From positions 1-33,573 of the IMG/VR virus record IMGVR_UViG_3300037440_000066: a stretch of DNA of 33,573 nucleotides; one strand, written 5' to 3'. This DNA is from a virus (Duplodnaviria > Caudoviricetes). Of the stretch, positions 26,456 to 33,573 are shown in pieces. The notes under the pieces are model-generated. The model made no database searches, was not told the origin of the DNA, and worked only from the letters and a program-made list of their open reading frames with translations. The first letter of the stretch is position 1, and each line of letters begins with the position of its first letter. Made by a program: the position numbers and the translations under genes.

Positions 26456-26694
26456 TAGCGCTCAGGTAGCTTTGCTGCTTTCATTTCCGACTCAGCCTTG
26501 AAGGCCGTCTCAAGCGATTTCGCGATCTCGTCCGCGTGACGTTCGTTATCGCATTCGGCCATCACTTTGTGACTTCCGGTCATCCCATGACTGCCGTCTT
26601 TGCTCTGATACGGGTGGTAATAGGCCGTCACGGTGTAGCGGACCACTGGGCGCACCTGAAACTCAGGGCCAGGAACGTTGGTTTCGTCGTACAT
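26455..26694 (-). CDS. Hypothetical protein, first gene of late operon
   Basis: AGGAG RBS; 79 aa. Confidence 0.7.
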   Translation of the reverse strand: MYDETNVPGPEFQVRPVVRYTVTAYYHPYQSKDGSHGMTGSHKVMAECDNERHADEIAKSLETAFKAESEMKAAKLPER

Positions 26695-26704
26695 GGTCGT
26701 CTCC

Positions 26705-27015
26705 TAGGGCCGCAGCCCATCGAGGTTTGCCACCCCGCAGGGTGGATTTGCCAGATCGGCAAATAGGAGCCCGTCCCGCAGCCAGCTTAGGAGAGGGGAC
26801 GTTCGTTCTGGTCGGGAGACGGGCTGGAAAGATCGGCCCGTGTCGCCGGGCCAACGCGCTGTCCGTGGGCTGTCTAATTTTCCGGACTGCCACCGCAGTT
26901 AAGGATTGCGGCTCCATCCGGGCTCACCAGAGGGGGCTGGCGGCCCGGCGTTCGCGGCGAAGGGAGCGCCGGGAAAGGGAGCGCCGCCTTCATCGGCGGG
27001 CAGTTTGCTCATGCT
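26705..27015 (-). ncRNA. Putative structured late leader RNA
   Basis: About 310 nt with at least 7 visible stem-loops between late promoter and first late RBS. Confidence 0.5.
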
Positions 27016-27021
27016 AGACCC

Positions 27022-27049
27022 ATTTTGCACATTCAGTCGGACACGTCAA
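27022..27049 (-). promoter_or_regulatory. Putative late promoter (pR'-like)
   Basis: TTGACG-N16-CAAAAT directly downstream of Q-like gene. Confidence 0.6.
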
Positions 27050-27054
27050 TAGGT

Positions 27055-27106
27055 TTAAGCTAGCACGGCCTAGGCTGAGCTAGCGCGATGGGGACTGAGC
27101 TAGCAC
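27055..27106. repeat. Three YTRAGCTAGCRC repeats at exact 20-bp period
   Basis: 27055-27066, 27075-27086, 27095-27106. Confidence 0.9.
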
Positions 27107-27116
27107 AGCCGGAATT

Positions 27117-27599
27117 TCACGCCGCCGCGCGCTGGCACAGCTTGGCGAACATCCAGCCCCTGCCTTCGGCCAGAAGTTCACGGAACCGGCCGCGCCCGAA
27201 GCCCATGGCCTTGGCTTTGTCGGCCTGCAGGCCCATCACCTGGTATTCCTGCCGCACCGCCTCAGCCATCAGCCCATCTTCACGGGACAGATGCAGCCAC
27301 GCTTCCTGCACCATTGGCACCGGATCGTTCCTAGACGGCGCTGCAGGGGATGCGCTTCCGGACGAGCGTGTCTCCTTGCACGGGACAGGGTCGCGGCTCC
27401 AACGCTTCTCTCCGTTCCGCACAAACGGCTTGAATGACTTCTTGGACCGCTTGTCCTCGCCACGGGTGCCGAACTCCATTGCCCGAGCTATCGGGTGGGT
27501 GGCGCGAGCGCGGGCTGACTCCGGAACCTCGGATTCGGGCCGCTCTCCGTATGCCCATCCCCAACGCCGCAGTGACGCCTCAAACTCTACTTTGGTCAT
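27117..27599 (-). CDS. Late gene regulator, Q-like
   Basis: LRRWG N-terminus, C-terminal HTH-like QADKAKAMGFGRGRFRELL; last nin-region gene before promoter and lysis genes. Confidence 0.7.
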   Translation of the reverse strand: MTKVEFEASLRRWGWAYGERPESEVPESARARATHPIARAMEFGTRGEDKRSKKSFKPFVRNGEKRWSRDPVPCKETRSSGSASPAAPSRNDPVPMVQEAWLHLSREDGLMAEAVRQEYQVMGLQADKAKAMGFGRGRFRELLAEGRGWMFAKLCQRAAA

Positions 27600-27763
27600 T
27601 TCTTCACCTTCCCGCAGCGGGTACATTTGCGTCCGAACTCGCGCCAATACCCAGGCTGTAGGGTCACGGCCATAGCGACCAGCCCCCACGTGCAGCCATT
27701 ATACTGAGTCCACTTTAGTAATGGTTTCCATCGATGCCAGCCCACGCTGCATAGGATGCTCAC
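27596..27763 (-). CDS. Small zinc-binding protein, 55 aa (MSILCSVGWHRW...KCTRCGKVKK)
   Basis: Translated by hand; GTGA and ATGA overlaps; C-H-CxxC pattern. Confidence 0.7.
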   Translation of the reverse strand: MSILCSVGWHRWKPLLKWTQYNGCTWGLVAMAVTLQPGYWREFGRKCTRCGKVKK

Positions 27764-27987
27764 TTATTTCCCCAAAAGTTCGGCGATATACCCGCCCTAG
27801 CCACACGGAGGTCATGCTGGCGTTGTTCAAAACGTAGCGATTCATCCAGTCGAAACTTTGCTCTAGCAGCGCCTCTATCTGCTTCTGGCAATGTTTCCAG
27901 CCACTTATCCACCAAGTTTTTGCGGTGTTCTCTCTGCACGCGGGCCGCCTCAAGCTCTGCGAATACGAAACCAATGTCTATGAACAC
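27760..27987 (-). CDS. Hypothetical protein, 75 aa
   Basis: GTG 27987 overlaps upstream end, GGAG RBS; stop overlaps next GTG. Confidence 0.6.
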   Translation of the reverse strand: MFIDIGFVFAELEAARVQREHRKNLVDKWLETLPEADRGAARAKFRLDESLRFEQRQHDLRVARAGISPNFWGNK

Positions 27988-28361
27988 TTGCTGTCTCCCC
28001 GCATGGCGGTGTCCAATGCCAGAATTGCCTGCTCGCACTCATGCCGAGTTCGATCAGCCTCTTTTGTGAACGGGTTTGATTCGCCATGCGCCCGAAATGC
28101 GTCCGTTACGCGCTTGCCGACTTCCCTCATTGCAGCAGCATCGGCCTCAGCGAGCCAGGCCCTCATTCGCATCTCGTCCCAATCCGACACTCGGTCACTA
28201 GCCTGAACTTCCCACGAATCACGATCCGCCTTGAGCTCCTCAACTTCCGCCAGAAGGGTGTCGTAGTCTGCGGCGTCGATCCAACCCCCACCCTCGTTCT
28301 CAACGAGGCTAAGGCCAGTGAACGTATACCGCTTAACCGGCTCTATCTTCTTGTCCATCAC
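27978..28361 (-). CDS. Coiled-coil accessory protein (Ead/Ea22-like segment)
   Basis: GGWIDAADYDTLLAEVEELKA; GAGGA RBS. Confidence 0.65.
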   Translation of the reverse strand: MMDKKIEPVKRYTFTGLSLVENEGGGWIDAADYDTLLAEVEELKADRDSWEVQASDRVSDWDEMRMRAWLAEADAAAMREVGKRVTDAFRAHGESNPFTKEADRTRHECEQAILALDTAMRGDSKCS

Positions 28362-28402
28362 TTGTCCTCATCGTTCATAGGTTGGCCCTGATTTAACTCA
28401 AC

Positions 28403-28570
28403 TCATGCCGCCAGCCTATGCTTGCGAATCACCCGGTCCAACGCAGCCCGGATCTGAACCTGCCGATTGATCTGCCGGTCAAGCTTCCGTAGGTGCGCCT
28501 CCCTTGCAGTCTGGGTCCATCCCACGAACCTGGATTCGTCCTGTGCTTCTCGCTTGCGCTTGGTGTTCAT
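28403..28570 (-). CDS. Small basic protein, 55 aa
   Basis: GGAGG RBS; ATGA overlap. Confidence 0.65.
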   Translation of the reverse strand: MNTKRKREAQDESRFVGWTQTAREAHLRKLDRQINRQVQIRAALDRVIRKHRLAA

Positions 28571-28896
28571 GGGACCTCCTCTATTTTCACGCGCGCCGCA
28601 TATTCCTTGGCGCGACCCCGAACCTGGTCGTACTTCCACGTCACACGGGGGTCGGCGTCATCCACGCCGAGACGGTCGGCAATCCCATCTCTGAGCGCCT
28701 TGAATCCAGATTGCAAGTTGTCGCCATCCAGCTTTCGTGGAGCGACCCGGATCATCGTCACTACGCACGGGAGCGGATGGGGTGCGACGGCCAGCGCCGC
28801 AAGCCGATGCTGCTTTGTGCGCCGCGCTTTCGTTGCCCAGTGCTCGCGCTTGTTGGCTACCGAATCGATGCGGATGGGAAGCTCGATCATCGGCAT
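28567..28896 (-). CDS. rusA: RusA-like Holliday junction resolvase
   Basis: LDGDNL..GFKALRDGIAD..GVDD matches RusA D-x-D-N...K...D pattern; nin-region position. Confidence 0.7.
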   Translation of the reverse strand: MPMIELPIRIDSVANKREHWATKARRTKQHRLAALAVAPHPLPCVVTMIRVAPRKLDGDNLQSGFKALRDGIADRLGVDDADPRVTWKYDQVRGRAKEYAARVKIEEVP

Positions 28897-29201
28897 TCCT
28901 CCCCTCCGTCTTGCGCCATAGAGGCGTCTATTGCGGCGCGCAGACCCGGAAAGTCCTGCTCATGTGGCGACTGCTGCCAGCCGATCCAGCCGATGCTCGC
29001 CTCCCTCGGTTCGGTATGCCCATCCCCGTAGTGACGCACCCCGGCCTCAAGCCAATCCAACCTCCGCGCGTCCTCCATCGCGGACAGTGCGTAGTCGATG
29101 GCTGCGAGCTTTGCTTGTCCCGCAGGGTCATACGGAGCATCCATTTCGACGCCAACCCGCAAGTCCCGCAGCACCGCCGCGTGGTCTGATGGCTTATTCA
29201 T
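28887..29201 (-). CDS. Hypothetical phage protein
   Basis: DARRLDWLE...LRAAIDA motif common in phage accessory proteins. Confidence 0.7.
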   Translation of the reverse strand: MNKPSDHAAVLRDLRVGVEMDAPYDPAGQAKLAAIDYALSAMEDARRLDWLEAGVRHYGDGHTEPREASIGWIGWQQSPHEQDFPGLRAAIDASMAQDGGEECR

Positions 29202-29514
29202 GGCTGTCTCCGGTGGCTTTTGCGATGGCTTCCACGACGAGAGAGAACACGTCTTCGTCTCCAGTCCATCCGCCGCTAGCCTCCATCCCGTCGCGGACGT
29301 GCTCCAGCACTTCCAGCAACTCAGGCGCGGAGGCTATCAGACGGGCGTTGGCTTCGCGCTCGGCATCAGGGATGACGTGCTGTTCACTGGTGAGCGCGCC
29401 TTCGCGCTTGCGGCACCAAACCGTGGCAATCGCATGACCCCGAACACCAATTTCGTCGCGCAACGCATCGTATTGCCGCCGCTGGTCCCAAGGCCCTGGC
29501 GTCGGCCCGCTCAC
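29194..29514 (-). CDS. Hypothetical phage protein (TPGPW...ANARLIASAPELL family)
   Basis: GGAGG RBS; GTGA overlap. Confidence 0.75.
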   Translation of the reverse strand: MSGPTPGPWDQRRQYDALRDEIGVRGHAIATVWCRKREGALTSEQHVIPDAEREANARLIASAPELLEVLEHVRDGMEASGGWTGDEDVFSLVVEAIAKATGDSHE

Positions 29515-29741
29515 GACTGATCCTCCAGGGCGGCGAATAGGGTGATGGGATTCATACAAATTGCCATAAGCGGAAGGCTGACCGGCCCGAACCACAGTGC
29601 GGAAGCATGATTAATCGCGCGCTGTTCTTGGAGCCTTCGCGCTTCGGCCTTACCCCGGCAGTGTGCGCAGCTATCCTGCCGACTGCCCCGGTTAAGACCC
29701 TTACCGCAGTCCTCGCAGCGCATGCTTTTCGGGGCTGTCAT
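29511..29741 (-). CDS. Small zinc-finger protein
   Basis: CEDC...CAHC; ATGA overlap. Confidence 0.65.
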   Translation of the reverse strand: MTAPKSMRCEDCGKGLNRGSRQDSCAHCRGKAEARRLQEQRAINHASALWFGPVSLPLMAICMNPITLFAALEDQS

Positions 29742-29908
29742 GCCGCTTTCCTCCGCCGGTCTTCATCGTCCCAACCCACATTCCAAGCATCCCTCAGCGT
29801 CCGGCCTTCCTCTCCCATCCCGTACATAGGGCACTTGGTGCGCGGCTTTCCTGAGCGTCGAGCCGACTCTCCAGCCTCTTTTGCCTGTTTCCACTTGCGC
29901 TCGCTCAT
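29738..29908 (-). CDS. RMF-like (ribosome modulation factor fold) small protein, 56 aa
   Basis: AKEAG.SA...GK....CPMY...R.AW..GW pattern. Confidence 0.6.
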   Translation of the reverse strand: MSERKWKQAKEAGESARRSGKPRTKCPMYGMGEEGRTLRDAWNVGWDDEDRRRKAA

Positions 29909-29909
29909 T

Positions 29910-30242
29910 TCACTTCCCCTTGACCGTGATGAATCCGTGATGCACCCACCATGACATGGTGCGAGCCATACCCCTGAGCGCGTAGTAAAGCCATTCTTGT
30001 TCCGGCATCGGCTTGCATCCATTCCCGTCAAACGCAGCGTGGCATGGGGCGCAACCGAACGTAGCGCAAGTATCGTCCGGCTTCTGCCCACCGCCGACCA
30101 GCCCAGCGATACGGATATGACACAGCATGTTCCCCGCAGTCTTGTCCGTTGTTGCGTCACCGCAAACCCCCGCAATGTTCAGCATGCAACGAGCATCGTG
30201 GTGTCCAGCGGACTCCCGCAGTTTCTTGGCAATCAGGCTCAT
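29910..30242 (-). CDS. DUF1364/YbcO-like zinc-binding putative nuclease
   Basis: KKLRESA...C.LNIAGVC...LCH...GQKPDD....GCAPCH..FDG. Confidence 0.8.
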   Translation of the reverse strand: MSLIAKKLRESAGHHDARCMLNIAGVCGDATTDKTAGNMLCHIRIAGLVGGGQKPDDTCATFGCAPCHAAFDGNGCKPMPEQEWLYYALRGMARTMSWWVHHGFITVKGK

Positions 30243-30658
30243 AGCGGCTCATCCGTCACGAACCGCGCAAGGCACACAGTCGGTCCCCATCGAATAGGAT
30301 CGATGCCCAAGCCTTGGTCACTAGGATAATCGCCGATGTCGAAGGCCATTCGGATCGCCTCTGTTGCTTGTGACTTCGTGAACTCCAAGCTGGATCGTGG
30401 AAGTCGAATCAGCCCTGGATGACCTTCTCCGGTATTAATCCCCGGAATCAGCCGGTCCCCCAAGATCGTGGCCGCGATGCAATGCCGCCAGTCGTCTTTG
30501 CTCAGGATCACGCCATGCCAGCGCACCATGTCGGATAGGTCTCCGCAGGCACTATTTAGAAGCTTTTGCTGCTTCCGAGTCATTGGAGCGTTGCCAGACT
30601 CTTGCCAATCTTTGCGCTCAGTGCTAACTGCAGTGTCATGTTTAACATCGGCAGTCAC
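30239..30658 (-). CDS. ninB: NinB/Orf-family recombination protein
   Basis: QQKLL...GDLS..V.WHG..LS.DDWR...PGI...RSS..FTK; downstream of replication genes. Confidence 0.75.
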   Translation of the reverse strand: MTADVKHDTAVSTERKDWQESGNAPMTRKQQKLLNSACGDLSDMVRWHGVILSKDDWRHCIAATILGDRLIPGINTGEGHPGLIRLPRSSLEFTKSQATEAIRMAFDIGDYPSDQGLGIDPIRWGPTVCLARFVTDEPL

Positions 30659-31011
30659 TTGATCGGCTCCACGTCGTCGATCTGGTCCGGAACCCAGATA
30701 TCGAACAAGGTCGAATTGTAGTATCGGCCGGATGCCAGCTTGGCATTGACCTCAGCGGCCTTCATGCGCCACGCCGCATCCTCAATACCAGCGTGATCGG
30801 TACCTCGCGTTTCGCGGATCGCCTCGACCTCAATGAACGTTGATTGCCACTCCATGCGCTCAAATGGGACTGTCATGGCGAACATAGAAACCCCAAGGAC
30901 GCCCAATAAGATGACGCCAAATGCCAAGCCATCCCATCTACCATAACGATTCTGATTCAGATACACCCATCCCACCACCAGGAGTACCACACACACCGTC
31001 AAGATAATCAT
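30655..31011 (-). CDS. Two-TM membrane protein
   Basis: AGGAG RBS before ATG 31011; two hydrophobic segments. Confidence 0.7.
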   Translation of the reverse strand: MIILTVCVVLLVVGWVYLNQNRYGRWDGLAFGVILLGVLGVSMFAMTVPFERMEWQSTFIEVEAIRETRGTDHAGIEDAAWRMKAAEVNAKLASGRYYNSTLFDIWVPDQIDDVEPIK

Positions 31012-31045
31012 TCCGCTCTCCTGTAACGCTCGGTTGCCTACGCTG

Positions 31046-31684
31046 TCAGTTGGCTTTGCACACTCCCTCCCCGGCCGCCATATCGCGACCAGACAGTTCA
31101 CGCTGCGCTTTGTGGATCCTGGCCTGTCGCTCCTCGCGAGTTTCCGGGATCACCGGCTTCGCCGGCTTGTCCGCCTCAATCTCGCCGGCAGATGGCTCCG
31201 GCAACTCACCGCCGCGCATGACGTGTTCGCGGGCCAGCTCGTAGGCATCACGCAGCATCCGGGACGCCTTGTCGGCCGACGCCATGCGAAACAGGTGTCC
31301 GTCCAAGTGCGTCCAAACCAATCGGGTGAACGGCTGGACCTTGGCGACATCCATGCTCACCGCAGGGAAGCTTGGAATGCCGAGGCACATGGCTCGGAAC
31401 TCGGGGAGCGTTGGTGGCCACGGGTCGCTGCTGACCACACACGCCTTGAGCCCTTCGGCGACCTGTTGGGGGGTGATCCCAGCCAGCCCCTTGGCCCACG
31501 TCCCGGCAGACCCGTCGGCGTCCGACGAATCCCCATAGGCGCTCACCCACTTGTGTCCGTAGATCTCAGCCATCCGGACCCACAACGTCCTGGCGGCCGT
31601 TGGCCCTAGCGCGGTCTGCGGCCTCTCCGGCGATGGCGTTGGCACGGACCCGTTCGACGGCAGATAGCTTTTGATGTGCTGCAT
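31046..31684 (-). CDS. Replication protein P-like (helicase loader)
   Basis: LWVRMAEIYGHKWVSAYG...W...L...GL..C....WPPTLPEFRAMC; follows O-like gene; start uncertain (31684 or 31573). Confidence 0.75.
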   Translation of the reverse strand: MQHIKSYLPSNGSVPTPSPERPQTALGPTAARTLWVRMAEIYGHKWVSAYGDSSDADGSAGTWAKGLAGITPQQVAEGLKACVVSSDPWPPTLPEFRAMCLGIPSFPAVSMDVAKVQPFTRLVWTHLDGHLFRMASADKASRMLRDAYELAREHVMRGGELPEPSAGEIEADKPAKPVIPETREERQARIHKAQRELSGRDMAAGEGVCKAN

Positions 31685-32396
31685 TGTGGGTTCCGGTAGT
31701 GGCAGGCTTGGTGATGGCGTCCGTCCAACGTTCGCCATTCAGGTATGTGGCCGGGAGGGGGATGTACCCGCGCACCCATCCGTCATCCTCTGCAATCTGG
31801 ATCGGCAAGGCAGCCATCAAGGCGTCCCTCTGCCCGGGCTTGATCCGCTTCCATGCCGCTTGGGCTTTCGACTTGGCTTGTTTGCGTGGGTACAGCGCCC
31901 AGAAATCACCGAACCCGTCGCACGGTCCAGCTTGCTGGACGGTGGCCTTTGCTTCTGATTTTGCTTCTGTATCTTCTCTTCTCTTCTCTTCTCTAGGTAA
32001 CGCAACCGACGTTACCTCGTCGTTATATTTTCCGTTACCGATTGCGTTAGTTCTGGCCTTGTGCTGGGCCACCCTTTTTGCCGTAAGTGCCCGTTCCTTC
32101 GAGGTTTTCCCGTTGTGTCTATCGAAGTTGGGGACCGTGATCGATGGTCCGTCCACGTCGAGCCACCCCGCATGACGCATTGCTTGTGCGAATCCTGGGA
32201 CGCCTGCTAAACGGTCAATCAACTCTTCGCTAACGAACATAGCGTTACCGCTGTTTGTGTGAGCGTCGAACCAGCGCCAGACCTTGATAAGCTTCCCCAC
32301 GATGGCGTCAGGGTCGATACCAGTGGCATCGTGAATGTGCCAAACCTCCGGCTTTTCCGGAAGGCACGTTTCGACTTTTATCCAGTCACCCGACAT
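31566..32396 (-). CDS. Replication initiator, O-like
   Basis: MSGDWIK...KPEV N-terminus; FWALYPRK...A..AW; PATYLNGERW; internal iteron-like repeats; AGGAG RBS. Confidence 0.85.
   Translation of the reverse strand: MSGDWIKVETCLPEKPEVWHIHDATGIDPDAIVGKLIKVWRWFDAHTNSGNAMFVSEELIDRLAGVPGFAQAMRHAGWLDVDGPSITVPNFDRHNGKTSKERALTAKRVAQHKARTNAIGNGKYNDEVTSVALPREEKRREDTEAKSEAKATVQQAGPCDGFGDFWALYPRKQAKSKAQAAWKRIKPGQRDALMAALPIQIAEDDGWVRGYIPLPATYLNGERWTDAITKPATTGTHNAAHQKLSAVERVRANAIAGEAADRARANGRQDVVGPDG
31973..32050. other. Putative replication origin within initiator gene
   Basis: CGTTA-core repeats at 32010, 32021, 32033, 32045, inverted copy at 31996, next to a (CTCTT)n tract. Confidence 0.6.
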
Positions 32397-32418
32397 GCGG
32401 ATCTCCTAGTGCGCCTAG

Positions 32419-32486
32419 AAAAAGGTGGCCCCAAACCGCTAGGTTCGGCCTGTCCGTCGGTAGCTACTCCGACGTAAGGGGCCATC
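32419..32486 (-). ncRNA. Cloverleaf leader / attenuator before initiator gene
   Basis: Outer stem TGGCCCC/GGGGCCA followed by T5; two inner hairpins. Confidence 0.55.
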
Positions 32487-32488
32487 GA

Positions 32489-32517
32489 ATTGTTCACCCA
32501 ACCACGCCCACTGTCAA
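32489..32517 (-). promoter_or_regulatory. Sigma70-type promoter upstream of initiator
   Basis: TTGACA-N17-AACAAT. Confidence 0.7.
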
Positions 32518-32566
32518 GCAGACCATCGACCCCGGCCTAACACGTCTGGGTCGTTGTTTGTGGGGG

Positions 32567-33112
32567 CTAGGCATTGGTCACGAACTCGACGCCGCTCATG
32601 ACTTTCCCATCAGAGACCACCATGCTCGGGGCCCAGCCTGGTCCGTTAACGAACGCCTCGGCTTGCTTACGGGGCCACGGAGCGCATGGGATGCCGCTGC
32701 ATCCCTCTTTCCGGCGTTTCTGGTCCCAGAAGTCGCCGTTCTCGACCAAGTAGTCGATAAGTTCCTGCTTCGTCTCGAAAGGCGGGGTTACCGGCGTGCC
32801 CTCGCTCACAGTCTCGTAGACCTGATACCAAGTCGCTTCACCATCGGCCCAGTTGGGCCGGTATATCTCTGGCTGTGGCGGGCCGCCTTCGTAGTCCCAG
32901 TATGGGGTGGCCTTGCATTCCTCTGACGCATAGTCCGGAAACTCACCACGGTCCCACGCCATCCACCCATCAACCCATCGCGTCAGGGCTTCGATATAGG
33001 GCTGGTCATACATCGGCGTGTATGCCTCATGTTCAACGCGCCGGAACGGGTCGTATCTGGTTTCTTTCGGGTGTTGCCAATTCGTGGGGACACGCCTGAT
33101 TTCTCTACCCAT
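32567..33112 (-). CDS. Conserved hypothetical phage protein (MGREIRRVP...YETVSEGTPVTPPF)
   Basis: AAGGAG RBS before ATG 33112; 181 aa, Trp/Tyr/Pro-rich. Confidence 0.75.
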   Translation of the reverse strand: MGREIRRVPTNWQHPKETRYDPFRRVEHEAYTPMYDQPYIEALTRWVDGWMAWDRGEFPDYASEECKATPYWDYEGGPPQPEIYRPNWADGEATWYQVYETVSEGTPVTPPFETKQELIDYLVENGDFWDQKRRKEGCSGIPCAPWPRKQAEAFVNGPGWAPSMVVSDGKVMSGVEFVTNA

Positions 33113-33314
33113 TTTCGTTCTCCTTATTTCCGTCATTGGTGTATGAAGCTTGCAGCCCGCAGGCGTCCACAAGGCGCTGTAACGCCCGCAGCGCGCGACC
33201 ATCACGAGCCCGGCCTCGTTGCTGGGCAGCCTCGTGTAACCGGCCCAGGGCGTCATCGCGGCCGTGCTGGATCAGGTCGTCGGGACTCGGTTTGGTTTCG
33301 TGGTCAAGGGTCAT
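33105..33314 (-). CDS. Hypothetical protein, 69 aa
   Basis: ATGA overlap upstream, 8-bp overlap downstream. Confidence 0.55.
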   Translation of the reverse strand: MTLDHETKPSPDDLIQHGRDDALGRLHEAAQQRGRARDGRALRALQRLVDACGLQASYTNDGNKENENG

Positions 33315-33573
33315 GCCTTTACCCACCTGCGCTTTGGTGAGTTGTGGCTGGTCCGGGCCGCGCTGTACCCCGCTGGCTTGATGTAGCCATTTGCCCGAAG
33401 CCAGGTCATCACCGTGCCGAAGCTGCGCCTGTCCTTTGGCTCGCCGGCCATATCAATCACCGCTGGCAGGATCGTCTCCGCAAGGAAGTAGCCCCGCGTC
33501 TTTCGGATCACCATCCGCGCCGACATGTAGGCTCTCGACTCCCAGTTGTCGCTCATAGCGTGCTCCATACAGT
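33311..33573 (-). CDS. Hypothetical protein, possibly winged-helix; may start outside window
   Basis: Frame open to window edge; PKDRRSFG.V...L...GYI. Confidence 0.6.
   Translation of the reverse strand, partial: CMEHAMSDNWESRAYMSARMVIRKTRGYFLAETILPAVIDMAGEPKDRRSFGTVMTWLRANGYIKPAGYSAARTSHNSPKRRWVKA

Noticed and set aside
26899-27012. 37-codon minus-strand ORF MSKLPADEGGAPF... near the predicted late start site
   Set aside because: No RBS and composition explained by GC-rich hairpins; a leaderless peptide cannot be fully excluded
27699-27974. 91-aa minus-strand ORF in the track
   Set aside because: Overlaps two better-coupled ORFs (27760-27987 and 27596-27763)

Overview
The whole window is a lambdoid phage genome segment (high GC, probably from a Xanthomonadaceae-type host; host is inferred) with a P22-like podovirus virion module. 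The + strand (1-7609) is an early-left-type operon: an Ala/Asp hexamer-repeat protein, many small ATGA-coupled accessory genes, a Sak4-like AAA ATPase, an HNH-AP2 endonuclease, a PD-(D/E)XK nuclease and a second HNH. The - strand (33573 to 7677) runs: O-like and P-like replication genes, nin region (NinB, DUF1364/YbcO-like, RMF-like, RusA-like), Q-like regulator, late promoter and long structured leader, lysis cassette with embedded Rz/Rz1, TerS, two inserted genes, TerL, portal, scaffold, coat, gp4, gp10, cupin, three ejection proteins and two tail fibre genes. No integrase, repressor, tRNA, CRISPR or reverse transcriptase is seen. The most unusual signals are non-coding or sub-genic: a duplicated endolysin start flanking a hairpin element, a structured late leader with CU-rich loops, a 3 x 20-bp phased repeat at the late promoter, a cloverleaf leader before the replication initiator, and shared DNA linkers in mosaic accessory genes. 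All family calls are by motif recognition and synteny; no searches were run.
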